From contig CAJMMH010000001.1 of NCBI GenBank assembly GCA_905214365.1, positions 1 through 45,964 of the forward strand: a DNA stretch of 45,964 bases. The letters run 5' to 3'. The translations under genes were made by a program, and so were the position numbers. The notes beneath the pieces are model-generated. The model did no database searches and had not been told where the DNA came from. It was given only the letters and a program-made list of their open reading frames with translations. The number at the start of each line of letters is the position of its first letter. Position 1 is the first letter of the stretch. Below are positions 18,678 to 28,473 of the stretch, piece by piece. This DNA comes from an uncultured bacterium (GTDB taxonomy: Bacteria; Bacillota; Clostridia; Lachnospirales; Lachnospiraceae).

Positions 18678-20201
18678 ATGTACCAGGCTGTTATTATTGA
18701 CGACGAACCTCTTATTGTTGAAAGCATTGCAAAGGCGATTGACTGGAGCGGATTTCAGATTGAAATCGCGCTTGCGTCTTCGGATCCTGCCGCCGCGCTG
18801 GATTATATTCTGAATCATCCGGTTCAGCTGATTATTACTGATGTTTCTATGCCTGGTCTGAGCGGCCTTCAGCTGATTCAAAAGGCAAAAGCAATGAAAC
18901 CCAATCTCTACGTTGTTGTCCTCAGCGCCTACGACAATTTTGAATATGTCCGGACCGCGCTCCGCTGCGGCGCGGAAAATTACCTTTTAAAGCCGCTTGA
19001 CCCGGATGAACTGTCCGATACCGTCAGCCAGATTGTGCATCAGCTTCAGGAGCGTGAACAGCTCAGCAGCACATATGGCCGCTCGATGATGACATTCCGC
19101 AGTGCTTTTACGGAACAGTGGGTAAAAAATATGCTCAGCGGCAGCGACCTGGTTACGCGCGCTGAGCTTCTTGGCATCAACCTGGACGCTCCTTCCTTTA
19201 CCTGCGTTATTTTTTCCTGTCCAGAGGGACGTGCTGCTGACATGTCGCTGTTCTTTGAACGCTTTTTGTGCCGTCTCCCCGGTCACGCTTCCGCCAGCTT
19301 CTTTTTTGAAACGCCGCTTCGCCTGGTCTGCGTGCTTTCCCTGCTCCCGACTTTTTCCGGATCTGCCGCTGATTTTGTGAAACCGGTCATTACCATGTCG
19401 CGCGTCAATAATCTTCCGATCTTCGCAAGCATCGGAGCTGATGTTTCTGACTGCAGAGAGGTTCCCGCCAGTTACCGGCAGGCGGAATCTCTTCTGTTTC
19501 TTCAGAATAGCCCGATTCCCCTTGTGGTCTGGCAGGATTATCCCGGTCTTTCCAAAGCTGCGGAAGAAGCGCTTCTGCAATTTGACGCAGAACCCGAACC
19601 TGAAAGCAGCGCTGCTGCCGCCCTGTTTTCTTCTTTTCCTCCTGTGCTGTGCAGCCTGCAGCTGTTAAGTACCCGGATTCTGGCTTTGTACCGGGACGGA
19701 CAGCCGCTTTCGGAACTGCCTTCTTCTTTATCGGAACTTCTGGCATCCTTCCCGGTTTCTCCCGACGGATCTTCCTTCGCTGCCGACTGTCCGGATACGA
19801 TCCGCAACCTGACGCTTTGTTTCCTCTCGGAAAGCCGCGGTCTCCTTCAGAACCGCAGTATAAGCTCACCAATGGTCGATGCGGTAATCAAGAGCATCCA
19901 TGAATTTTCCGACAAGGATATCTCATTAAAAACCATTGCTGCCAGACTAAACGTAACCCCTTCATATCTCGGTACCATGTTCCGGCAGCAAACCGGCTGT
20001 TATTTTAACGATTATCTGATGGACGCGCGGCTCGGTTACGCCGCCGAACTGCTTGAAACAAGCGCTCTCCGCATCAAAGACATCGTAGACCGTGCCGGTT
20101 TTTCCAGCCATACCTATTTTAACCGCGCATTCAAACGGCATTACGGTGTCTCTCCGGTCAGCTTCCGCCGGGAAAAGAAAATGCAGCAATTTGCTGATTA
20201 G
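18678..20201 (+). CDS. YesN-type response regulator (REC plus AraC HTH)
   Basis: IIDDE, TDVSMPGLSG, LSAYDNFEY, YLLKP; C-terminal VTPSYLGTMF and GFSSHTYFNRAFK; start after GGAG. Confidence 0.9.
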   Translation: MYQAVIIDDEPLIVESIAKAIDWSGFQIEIALASSDPAAALDYILNHPVQLIITDVSMPGLSGLQLIQKAKAMKPNLYVVVLSAYDNFEYVRTALRCGAENYLLKPLDPDELSDTVSQIVHQLQEREQLSSTYGRSMMTFRSAFTEQWVKNMLSGSDLVTRAELLGINLDAPSFTCVIFSCPEGRAADMSLFFERFLCRLPGHASASFFFETPLRLVCVLSLLPTFSGSAADFVKPVITMSRVNNLPIFASIGADVSDCREVPASYRQAESLLFLQNSPIPLVVWQDYPGLSKAAEEALLQFDAEPEPESSAAAALFSSFPPVLCSLQLLSTRILALYRDGQPLSELPSSLSELLASFPVSPDGSSFAADCPDTIRNLTLCFLSESRGLLQNRSISSPMVDAVIKSIHEFSDKDISLKTIAARLNVTPSYLGTMFRQQTGCYFNDYLMDARLGYAAELLETSALRIKDIVDRAGFSSHTYFNRAFKRHYGVSPVSFRREKKMQQFAD

Positions 20202-20223
20202 AACATTTTATTCATCTGCCAGA

Positions 20224-20257
20224 AGAGCCGCGGTACACAACCTTCCGCGGCTCTCTT
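20224..20257. terminator. Terminator between convergent genes
   Basis: agagccgcgg/ccgcggctct. Confidence 0.65.
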
Positions 20258-20270
20258 ACTGTCTCATTTG

Positions 20271-20918
20271 TTATTCATGCGCTTCAACGCCGATTTTTCC
20301 GCAGATATCCTGCAGGCAGCACCGGCTGCAGTACGGCCTTGTCCGCGCTGTACAGACCTCGCGTCCGTGCATAACCAGACGATGGCAGAAATCGCTTCCC
20401 TCTTCCGGCGGGATAATTTTCCACAACGCCATCTCTACCTTTTTCGGTTCGCGTATCTGATCGACCAGTCCCATCCGGTTAACCAGACGGATACAGTGCG
20501 TATCTGTTACAATCGCCGGCTTGCCGAATACATCTCCCATAATCAGGTTTGCGCTTTTTCTTCCGACGCCCGGAAGACGCAGGAGCTCATTGAAGTCATC
20601 CGGTACCTTTCCGCCGTATTCATCGCGCAGCATTGTCATACATGCGTGAATATCTCTTGCCTTGCTGTGTCCAAGTCCGCACGGCTTGACAACCGCTTCG
20701 ATTGCGTCCGCGCCTGCGTCCGCCAGCGCGCTGACAGACGGATATTTCGCAAACAGCTCCTGCACGACGACATTGACTCTGGCATCGGTACACTGCGCTG
20801 CCAGGCGCACGCTTACCAAAAGCTTCCAGGCATCATCATAATCCAGCGTGCATCCGGCGTCCGGATATTCCTTTTTGAGACGCGCAATAATTTCCAGCGC
20901 CAGTTCTTCTTTTGTCAT
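20271..20918 (-). CDS. nth: Endonuclease III
   Basis: LAAQCTDARVN, HhH LPGVGRKSAN, VTDTH, C-terminal CX7CX2CX5C 4Fe-4S motif; start chosen from the AAAGGA SD. Confidence 0.95.
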   Translation of the reverse strand: MTKEELALEIIARLKKEYPDAGCTLDYDDAWKLLVSVRLAAQCTDARVNVVVQELFAKYPSVSALADAGADAIEAVVKPCGLGHSKARDIHACMTMLRDEYGGKVPDDFNELLRLPGVGRKSANLIMGDVFGKPAIVTDTHCIRLVNRMGLVDQIREPKKVEMALWKIIPPEEGSDFCHRLVMHGREVCTARTRPYCSRCCLQDICGKIGVEAHE

Positions 20919-20971
20919 TCTGAATTGCATCCTTTCTTTGCCGATTGTTTCCGGTTATTTTTCACACGCTC

Positions 20972-21135
20972 AGAGCGTATTTGAAAAAGGCTTTCTGCAA
21001 GATGTGCGTCACAATTTGCGGGAGATTTTGCACAAATGAAGGCGTCGTAGTGGACTACGACAACCGAATTTGGGCAAAAGATATCGCAAATTGGGGCGTG
21101 CAGATTGCGGGAATGATTTTTCAAACACGCTCTAG
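20972..21135. mobile_element. Complete ~165-bp non-autonomous MITE
   Basis: 17-bp TIRs agagcgtatttgaaaaa / tttttcaaacacgctct (1 mismatch), central hairpin gtcgtagt-gg-actacgac, no credible ORF, several partial copies in the window. Confidence 0.85.
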
Positions 21136-23223
21136 CTCCCGGTATACCCGTAGCAGCTGCGCCGTGCTCCACGCCTGTGCGTAGCAGCCCTTGGAAGCAG
21201 CCGGACAATCGCCGTCATAGATTTCCGGCAGCTGTCCAAGACAGCCTTCCGCCATGGCAGCCTCGACTGCTTCCAGTTCCCGGCGAATGCCCTCTGCTTC
21301 TTTTTCCCGGTTATCCGCGTACCGCAGACACGCGCGGTAATAATCGCCGAGCGGGTATACCCAGACTGTTCCCTGGTGATATGCCATGTCACGGTCAAAC
21401 TGCGCGCCGCCGTAATGCGGATGATACTGCGGATCAGACGGAGACAGACTGCGCAGGCCAACCGGCGTATACAGTTCCCGCCGGATCTGCCCTAAAATCT
21501 TCTGTGCCTGCTGTTTTGCCGGGATCGGAAATGCAACAGAAAGCGCGAATACCTGATTGCAGCGGATCTGTCTGCCTGCCGCTTCCGGCTCAGCATCTCC
21601 AAGAGGAAGCACATCGTAAAGCGCCCCGTCCGGCCTGGTAAATTTCCTTAAAAAGCTTTCCCGGATCTGTCGGCCCAGCGTTTCCAGCTCTGCCGCCCTC
21701 GCTGCCGGACACATCTGATTCCAGCCTGCTGTCAGTTCCGGAACTGCTTCTTCGGATGACCGTCCTGCTGCCGGTTTCTCTGCCGCCCGTTTCTCCAGCT
21801 TTTCCAGAATCTTTACTGCATTGTACCAGTACGCGTTGATTTCAACCGGTTTTCCATGCCGTGGCGTCGGAAGTATTTCACCGAAACGCACATCCATCCA
21901 GGTCAGCTGCCACAGATCGCTGCCCGCCGCCAACAAATGATCCGTATCCATGTGAATCCCATAATCGGTTCCGCACGCGTACCAGCAGACTATCGTTTCC
22001 GCTGTTTTGCGCACCTCTTCTTCAAAGTCCGCATCCGGGTTCTCCTGCAGGTATTCCCACGCCGCATTGATAAACAGCAGCGACGCATCTACCGTATTGT
22101 ACATTGGCTCCTGGTTTCCTTCCGGAAACAGATTCGGCATGATTCCCCGGCGGCAGTACTGCATAAATGTACGCAGAATACTCTTTGCCGCATCGTTTTC
22201 TCCGATTGCCTGCGTACACCCGTAACATGCGATCATCGTGTCTCTGCCCCAGTCCCCGAAAAACGGAAATCCTGCCAGAATCGACATCCCATTGGTTGAA
22301 TCCCGGCGGGTCAGGAACGCATCGGCACTGACTGCCAGCTGACGGCCTGCCTCTGAGCGAAGTCCGCTCTGATCGGCAATCCGCTGCTGACGAGACAGCT
22401 CCTCCCGCTCCAGCCTGCGCGCCAGCATGCCCAATCCATCCGATGCTGCCAGAGCATCCATTTCCGTCATCCAGGCTTCGTCTGTTCCATACAGCAGTGT
22501 CAGCTCTGTCTCTTCTCCATCTGCCGCAGTCTTCGAGCTGACCTGATGGCAGGTCACGCCGCTTCCGAAGCCTTCTCTTCCATCTGCTGCGTCCTGTTCA
22601 AAATAATAGCCGGGGATAAACGCTGTCTCCCCCTGCGAAGCTGCGCCGTCTGTCATCAGATACAACTGCTTTCCGTTTGCGCTCAGCTGATACAATCCCG
22701 AAGCGTTTCCGGGGATTTCGCGGCACATAACCGGATAACTTACTGCCGGACGGTCATTCTTGGGATGAATGCCGTACACCGGAACAACCTCCAGCTTTGC
22801 CGTCTGTCCCTCGCAGGTCTGAATCTCATACCGTACCGAAAGGCTGTTGGTTCCATACACCAGCACCAGGCGTTTCCGTACCGTAACCCCCTTCACCAGA
22901 TATTCCCACTCCGGCAGACCATCAAGCGCAAACCGCTTCAGATAGTGAAAACCGGTCTGATTCTGCGTTTTGGTTACAAAGGACTGGCTCGCAAGCACAT
23001 ACGCCTCGCCATTGACATACAGCGTCTCATCCAGCCGGCTCACCATTGTCCACCGCTCCGACGGCGCAACCTCCGCTGAAATCAGCAGCGCCTGGTCATT
23101 TCTCGCATTTGATCCGATTACCGTCTGGCTGCAGTAGCCGCCCAGTCCATTGGCAAGAAGGAAACATTTGCTTTCCCCCTGCGCAGCGGTCTGCCAGTCT
23201 GCAGTTCCAAAAATATATTTCAT
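21121..23223 (-). CDS. Amylo-alpha-1,6-glucosidase / archaeal-type glycogen debranching enzyme
   Basis: LANGLGGY, LAGFPFFGDWGRDTMI, YNTVDASL, LTWMD, TPRHGKPVEINA, YHQGTVW, QAWS; start MKYIF after GGAGG. Confidence 0.92.
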   Translation of the reverse strand: MKYIFGTADWQTAAQGESKCFLLANGLGGYCSQTVIGSNARNDQALLISAEVAPSERWTMVSRLDETLYVNGEAYVLASQSFVTKTQNQTGFHYLKRFALDGLPEWEYLVKGVTVRKRLVLVYGTNSLSVRYEIQTCEGQTAKLEVVPVYGIHPKNDRPAVSYPVMCREIPGNASGLYQLSANGKQLYLMTDGAASQGETAFIPGYYFEQDAADGREGFGSGVTCHQVSSKTAADGEETELTLLYGTDEAWMTEMDALAASDGLGMLARRLEREELSRQQRIADQSGLRSEAGRQLAVSADAFLTRRDSTNGMSILAGFPFFGDWGRDTMIACYGCTQAIGENDAAKSILRTFMQYCRRGIMPNLFPEGNQEPMYNTVDASLLFINAAWEYLQENPDADFEEEVRKTAETIVCWYACGTDYGIHMDTDHLLAAGSDLWQLTWMDVRFGEILPTPRHGKPVEINAYWYNAVKILEKLEKRAAEKPAAGRSSEEAVPELTAGWNQMCPAARAAELETLGRQIRESFLRKFTRPDGALYDVLPLGDAEPEAAGRQIRCNQVFALSVAFPIPAKQQAQKILGQIRRELYTPVGLRSLSPSDPQYHPHYGGAQFDRDMAYHQGTVWVYPLGDYYRACLRYADNREKEAEGIRRELEAVEAAMAEGCLGQLPEIYDGDCPAASKGCYAQAWSTAQLLRVYRELERV

Positions 23224-23422
23224 TAATTTCCTCCCACAGATATACGCCTGAAATTTATAACACTCCCGTAGAATACTGCAGCATATCCGGCACTGCCGGA
23301 CGCAAACGGCTGTGCCGTCTCTTTTGCAATATTTTCCGGAATTGCGGCAGGCGTTCTTTATCATTTTTGATATATAGTATACCAGAATTTTGGGGTTCGG
23401 AAAAGATCCAATTTCCTGCCTC

Positions 23423-23456
23423 AAAAAAAGAAGAGACCTTTGACTGTCTCCTCTTT
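23423..23456 (-). terminator. Rho-independent terminator of the ABC exporter operon
   Basis: gaagagac/gtctcctc stem with an A7 tract (U7 on the minus strand). Confidence 0.6.
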
Positions 23457-23474
23457 CTATGATAATCTCACAAG

Positions 23475-23510
23475 GTTCCTTGTGTATCTGTCTTTTCGGC
23501 TGATTTTCCG
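23475..23510 (-). repeat. Internal remnant of the ~58-nt element
   Basis: tgtgtatctgtcttttcggctgattttccg is close to the reverse complement of the 39319 copy interior. Confidence 0.5.
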
Positions 23511-23528
23511 CTGAAGACCTTTAATCTT

Positions 23529-25817
23529 TTATTCCTGATTTTTCAGTGCCTCATCCAGCGGTACGCGGCGGATTCTGCGCATCTGCGTTGCCGCAACTGC
23601 AGCATAGGATAACAGGCCTATGAAAAACATTTCAACGTAAGTAACCGGGTTGATATACAGCTCCATCCAGCCGCTGTAATCCTTCAGGAGCTCACGGTAC
23701 AATCCGCTCATTGACAGCGTCGCGAGCGCTTCGCTGATCAGCATCGACACAACGACAACCCATGTTGTCGCGGTCAGATACAGGCTGGCAATCTCTTTAT
23801 CCTGATAGCCTAGTATCTTTGTCATCGAAATTGATGTTTTGTTCTTCTCAATAATCAGCTTCGTCAGCAGATACATCAGAAGCAGGAACATGATAACGGC
23901 AAATACATTCAAAATATAAAACATGGATCCCATCGAAACGGTAAGCTGTCTGGACACCTTGGTAAGATCATCCTCGGTAATGCAGCTGACCAGAGACAGC
24001 TCCGGAATATCCGCAATCTCTTCGCTTGAGAAGTATCCGTTGAAATAGACTTCCTCCTGATCGAATACGCGGCAGAACTCTTCTTTCGGCATAAACACCG
24101 CCAGCGCCGCTGGATAGTCGATATAGGATTCTACTTCAAAAGCATATTCGTCTCCGCTGTAACGGTCATGCAGTGTCAGCGTATCTCCCGGATGGATGCC
24201 GTATTTTTCTCCGAAGCCTTCGGAAATGCTGACTCCTTCCGCCGCCAGCTCCTCGTGTACATACGCGCTGTTGTCCTGAATTCCGTAAATGGTGATTTCC
24301 TCTCCGTTCTCACCCGGCATCTGCAGAGACGTCACACTGTATTTCTCCGCGCCCGGCACGTCTGTTTCAACCGGACCGGTAAGAATATACTGATACTGCG
24401 CAATCATGCTGTCGATGATTTCCTGCTGATAATGCTTTAACAGCGGTGACATCATCATACCAAACAGCAGCAGAACATTAGCGAAGAAAATACCGATAAA
24501 TAACGTAATGTATCCCGGAACGTTCTGCAGGATAATGCGCAGGCGGAACCTGGAAAAGAAGCTCCATGCCGGCAGTCGGAGCGCCTTTTTTCGCTGATGC
24601 CGCGCCAGATCTCTGCGCAGGAACCGTAACGGCGAAAGCGTCAGCTTGCTCCACAGCGTCACACTGACAATCAGAAGCATCAGCACCAATGGAACAATTG
24701 TTGTAAGCACAAAGGCATTTCCATTCCAGAGCGTCACATACGTCGGCAGGCTGTAGCTTCCGTAGTAGATACCCGCAACCATATCTTTAAAGCTACTGTA
24801 CCCAAGCAGGTTTCCAATCAGCGCCGCTGCTGCTGTCACAGCCATCGGCACCGTCATGTAATGGCGCAGTAGCTCCCGCTTGGTATACCCGGACGCGCGG
24901 AGCGTACCGATAACTGACGCTTCCTGCTGAACGGTATGCTGAATTGTAACGGAAAAGATGAACGCCATAATGACAATCAGAATGTACAGAAGCACAATCA
25001 CCATCGAGCGGTCACTGCCGAGATCATCGCCGGTAAACTGAATCGCCTGGTTTGCGTAGCGCGGAACAAAGTTTCTTACTGTCAGCGTTTTTCCAAACAG
25101 CTTATATGCCAGAATCTGCGCACCGAGCGCGGAAATCAGCGTTTCGGACTGTTCCTGCTCTTCGGCTTCATTAGCCGGTTTCTTCTGATATTTCCAGGAA
25201 TACTGATAATGCCACACAGGATCGCCGACTGCCTCCAGGCCCTCCTGTGTCATAATCGCAACACCGAACTTAACCGCATCAAACATCATGTCTGTATTAT
25301 CCGAAAACAGCGCGCTGTAGTCCGACAGCGCCACCTGTCCGCTTACGGTATATTCTTTTCCGGCGATTGCAATCGTATCTCCGGTTTTTATGCCGTTATT
25401 GTCGGCGTACATGCGGTCAATCGCGATCTCATTAACTGCTGCAGGCATTTCCCCCTTCATCAGGCAGACCAGGTTGATCTGATCACGCTTTGCGAAAATC
25501 CGGAGCGTACTGTCCTCGGTTCCGTCCAGATCATGGTCAATTTTTTCTTCCAGATAAAAATCAGGGTACAGCGTCACGCCGGCGTTTTCCAATGCACCAA
25601 CCAACGCCTGATTGGCCTGCTGATCCAGGACAAAATGTCCGTCCTCGATCTGATATTTTTCAAAGCTTTCCTGATATGAGGCAATCATGCTGTTTCCGGC
25701 AACCAGAAATCCGGAAACAATACCGATCGTCAGTGTCATAAACAGAAAAATCACCAGATATTTTCCCGCTTCCTGCCGCAGTTCTCTCGGCAGACGTCTG
25801 TTTAATGGATTCTTCAT
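23529..25817 (-). CDS. FtsX/MacB-like ABC exporter permease
   Basis: Two permease repeats (IGTLRASGY, ISMTKILGY) with large extracellular loops; start MKNPL after AGGAGG. Confidence 0.9.
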   Translation of the reverse strand: MKNPLNRRLPRELRQEAGKYLVIFLFMTLTIGIVSGFLVAGNSMIASYQESFEKYQIEDGHFVLDQQANQALVGALENAGVTLYPDFYLEEKIDHDLDGTEDSTLRIFAKRDQINLVCLMKGEMPAAVNEIAIDRMYADNNGIKTGDTIAIAGKEYTVSGQVALSDYSALFSDNTDMMFDAVKFGVAIMTQEGLEAVGDPVWHYQYSWKYQKKPANEAEEQEQSETLISALGAQILAYKLFGKTLTVRNFVPRYANQAIQFTGDDLGSDRSMVIVLLYILIVIMAFIFSVTIQHTVQQEASVIGTLRASGYTKRELLRHYMTVPMAVTAAAALIGNLLGYSSFKDMVAGIYYGSYSLPTYVTLWNGNAFVLTTIVPLVLMLLIVSVTLWSKLTLSPLRFLRRDLARHQRKKALRLPAWSFFSRFRLRIILQNVPGYITLFIGIFFANVLLLFGMMMSPLLKHYQQEIIDSMIAQYQYILTGPVETDVPGAEKYSVTSLQMPGENGEEITIYGIQDNSAYVHEELAAEGVSISEGFGEKYGIHPGDTLTLHDRYSGDEYAFEVESYIDYPAALAVFMPKEEFCRVFDQEEVYFNGYFSSEEIADIPELSLVSCITEDDLTKVSRQLTVSMGSMFYILNVFAVIMFLLLMYLLTKLIIEKNKTSISMTKILGYQDKEIASLYLTATTWVVVVSMLISEALATLSMSGLYRELLKDYSGWMELYINPVTYVEMFFIGLLSYAAVAATQMRRIRRVPLDEALKNQE

Positions 25818-25828
25818 CTGCCTCCTCC

Positions 25829-26527
25829 TTACCACTCCAGATCCTTTGCGGCAATCCGGACTGCATTGGTTTCGTTGCTGCGGATCTGACCGTCACGGAG
25901 CCGGATCACACGGTCTGCCATGTTCCGAATTGCGTCGTTGTGCGTTACCATAACTACGGTGTTGCCGAACTTCCGGTTGACATCCTCAATCAGTGCCAGA
26001 ATCTCCTTTGACGTATGATAATCCAGCGCGCCGGTCGGCTCATCGCACAGAAGAATGTCCGGATTTTTGACAATTGCGCGTCCGATTGCCGTTCTCTGCT
26101 GCTGGCCGCCGGACAGCTGGTTCGGCATCTGATAACGATGCTCATACAGGCCAAGCGTATGCAGCAGATCATTAATATCCAATGGATGCTCACTTAAATA
26201 CGCGCCTACCTCAATATTTTCCTTTACATTCAGGTTCGGAATCAAGTTGTACATCTGAAAAATGTATCCCAAATGACGACGGCGATACATCGTCAGCGTC
26301 CTTTCCGACATTTCTTCTGTCTTCTCCCCATTGATTGATACGCTGCCCGCGTCAGCCGCGTCAATACCTCCAATAATGTTAAGCAGAGTTGACTTTCCGG
26401 AGCCAGACGGTCCGAGAAGGACACAGATCTCTCCCTTTTCCAGTGAAAAATCAATTCCATTCAGCACCTCTGTCCGGTTTTCTCCGCTTCCAAATGATTT
26501 CTGGATTCCTTTTACCTCAAGAAACAT
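25829..26527 (-). CDS. ABC transporter ATP-binding protein (LolD/SalX-like)
   Basis: [31 protein letters not shown]. Confidence 0.95.
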   Translation of the reverse strand: MFLEVKGIQKSFGSGENRTEVLNGIDFSLEKGEICVLLGPSGSGKSTLLNIIGGIDAADAGSVSINGEKTEEMSERTLTMYRRRHLGYIFQMYNLIPNLNVKENIEVGAYLSEHPLDINDLLHTLGLYEHRYQMPNQLSGGQQQRTAIGRAIVKNPDILLCDEPTGALDYHTSKEILALIEDVNRKFGNTVVMVTHNDAIRNMADRVIRLRDGQIRSNETNAVRIAAKDLEW

Positions 26528-26613
26528 GAAAACCTCCCCCTGTCCCGTTTTTTGTTGTATGCCGCCGTTTTGCAGCTTTGGAACTGTCTGTTTCTATAAA
26601 AGTTGTAATTTAG

Positions 26614-26646
26614 AGTTAGTATAGTCTAACTATTATTGAAAGTCAA
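26614..26646 (-). promoter_or_regulatory. Sigma-A promoter with an overlapping palindromic operator
   Basis: TTGACT (26641-46) N17 TATACT (26618-23); AGTTAG-N6-CTAACT inverted repeat at 26614-26631. Confidence 0.7.
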
Positions 26647-26720
26647 TTCCAGTTATTGAGTATCTTTATCAATAGCAGCGATATTTCAAAAATTACTGCA
26701 ATTCGCGTTCGGCAGCGCTC

Positions 26721-26755
26721 CAGAACCCGTCTGAAAAAGATTTTCCCCCAAGATG
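26721..26755 (+). repeat. Degenerate left end of the ~165-bp MITE
   Basis: cagaacccgtctgaaaaagattttccccaagatg vs cagagcgtatttgaaaaaggctttctgcaagatg. Confidence 0.5.
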
Positions 26756-26763
26756 CTATCGTC

Positions 26764-26796
26764 AAAAAGGAGCAGCCATCTCTGACTGCTCCTTTT
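26764..26796. terminator. Rho-independent terminator of the mscS-amidohydrolase operon
   Basis: aaaaa-ggagcag/ctgctcc-tttt. Confidence 0.75.
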
Positions 26797-26803
26797 CCTC
26801 TTT

Positions 26804-26820
26804 ATGTGCTCCCGTAATCT
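26804..26820 (-). repeat. Half copy of the ~58-nt element
   Basis: atgtgctcccgtaatct, directly between the stop codon and the terminator. Confidence 0.55.
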
Positions 26821-28470
26821 TTATTTGTTCTTTTCCGCAAGGCAAAAAATCCGTTCTCCGCCAAGCCACGTCTCCTGTACCGGAATCTTTGCCAGCTCAT
26901 GCGCCGGAACGCAGAATGGATTCTGCGCAAGCACGGTAAAGTCTGCCAGCATTCCCGTGCGGATATCTCCCTTGATATCTTCCTCAAAGGACGCATACGC
27001 ACCGCCTGTCGTAAAGGAATCCAGCGCCTGCTTTACGGTCATCGCCTGATCCGGACGATACGGTGCAAATGTGCCTGCCAGATCCTGTCTGGTAACAGCG
27101 CACTGGATTCCCCGCAGCGGCACCGGAAGCTCAACCGGCGCGTCTGATCCGTTGGACATGGAAATTCCCATTTCCGGATAACAGCTGCCGCCGTAACTGG
27201 ACGCGGCAAGCGTTTCTCCTGCTCGTTCTCTGACAATCCGAATATCATAATCCAGGAAAATGGACTGAATATACCCATGAACGCCAAGCTCCTTAAACCG
27301 CTCATAATGTTCCGGACGCATCAGCTGGCAGTGAACGATTCCGTGACGGTGATCGCTGCGCGGAAACGCCTGAATTGCCTCTTCATACGCGTCAAGTACG
27401 CCGTCCACACAGCCGTCTCCGATCGCATGCACCGCGACCTGCATGTTGTGCGTATGCGCAAGCATTACCAGCTTCTTCAGCTTTTCCGAAGAAGCAACCA
27501 GCATTCCTTTTTCTTCCGGCTGATCTGCATATGTTTCTCTCATATACGCGGTTCTCGCGCCAAGTGAACCGTCTCCGATAATCTTCAGCGGTCCGATCTT
27601 GAACATCGTATCGCCAACGCCCGTCGTATATCCTTCATCCAAAAACTCCTGCAGCTGTTCCGGCTCCTGCAGCTGGCTCTGCTCGTTGACACGCACCGTC
27701 AGAAGTCCGTCCCGGATCAGCTCCCGGTATGCCTGGATTACCGTTCTCCAATTTACGGAAGGCAGCGTAATAAAATCATCTGTCTGTACAGAAGTAATTC
27801 CCTGACGGTTTACCCAGTGTGCTGCTTCTACGAGCATATGCTTTACATCCTCAATGGTATATGTCGGGAGGCAGGCATTGACGCATTCAATCGCGTTTTC
27901 AAAGAACCAGCCGGTCGGCACGCCATTTGCATCGACCTGGATTTCTCCGCCGTCAACCTCCGGAATCTCCGATACCGTGCGGCTTCCGTCCGGATTCGCG
28001 GTTTCCAGTCCCATCAGCTCCAGCGCTTTTGAATTGACCGCGCAGATATGTCCGCAGGTGCGGTTCAGCATAATCGGGACCTCTTCCGACACCAGATCCA
28101 GATCGTGCCGGTCCGGAAACCGCTTTTCTCCACTGAAATAATCCTGATTGACACCCATCGCAACCATCCACTGACCTGGCTTCAGCTCATGCTCCGCGGC
28201 AAACTGCTTCAAGCCATCCTGTACCTGCTCCATGCTGCCAGTCTGCGTGCTCAGATCCGCAACCACCTGGCACTCGCCGAAATGAAGCAGATGCATATGA
28301 GAATCATTGAATCCCGCGCAGACAAACTGCCCCTGCAGATCGGTTACTTCTCCCTCATACTTCGCTGCCTCTTCATTGCTGCCGACATAAACAAATCGGT
28401 CCCTGTCCACAACAAACGCTTCCTTCATTCCATCTTGTGTATATACCAGTCCATTCGTAAAAATCTTCAT
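26821..28470 (-). CDS. YtcJ-like amidohydrolase (Amidohydro_3)
   Basis: GFNDSHMH, GHICAVNS, DGSLGARTA, VHAIGD, IVHCQ, GSDAPV, GMLADFTVL. Confidence 0.92.
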   Translation of the reverse strand: MKIFTNGLVYTQDGMKEAFVVDRDRFVYVGSNEEAAKYEGEVTDLQGQFVCAGFNDSHMHLLHFGECQVVADLSTQTGSMEQVQDGLKQFAAEHELKPGQWMVAMGVNQDYFSGEKRFPDRHDLDLVSEEVPIMLNRTCGHICAVNSKALELMGLETANPDGSRTVSEIPEVDGGEIQVDANGVPTGWFFENAIECVNACLPTYTIEDVKHMLVEAAHWVNRQGITSVQTDDFITLPSVNWRTVIQAYRELIRDGLLTVRVNEQSQLQEPEQLQEFLDEGYTTGVGDTMFKIGPLKIIGDGSLGARTAYMRETYADQPEEKGMLVASSEKLKKLVMLAHTHNMQVAVHAIGDGCVDGVLDAYEEAIQAFPRSDHRHGIVHCQLMRPEHYERFKELGVHGYIQSIFLDYDIRIVRERAGETLAASSYGGSCYPEMGISMSNGSDAPVELPVPLRGIQCAVTRQDLAGTFAPYRPDQAMTVKQALDSFTTGGAYASFEEDIKGDIRTGMLADFTVLAQNPFCVPAHELAKIPVQETWLGGERIFCLAEKNK

Positions 28471-28473
28471 ATC

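Noticed and set aside
23281..23330. GGACGCAAA resembling a c-di-GMP-I riboswitch core
   Set aside because: No upstream GGCAAAC/GNRA stem, and wrong strand for the adjacent gene.
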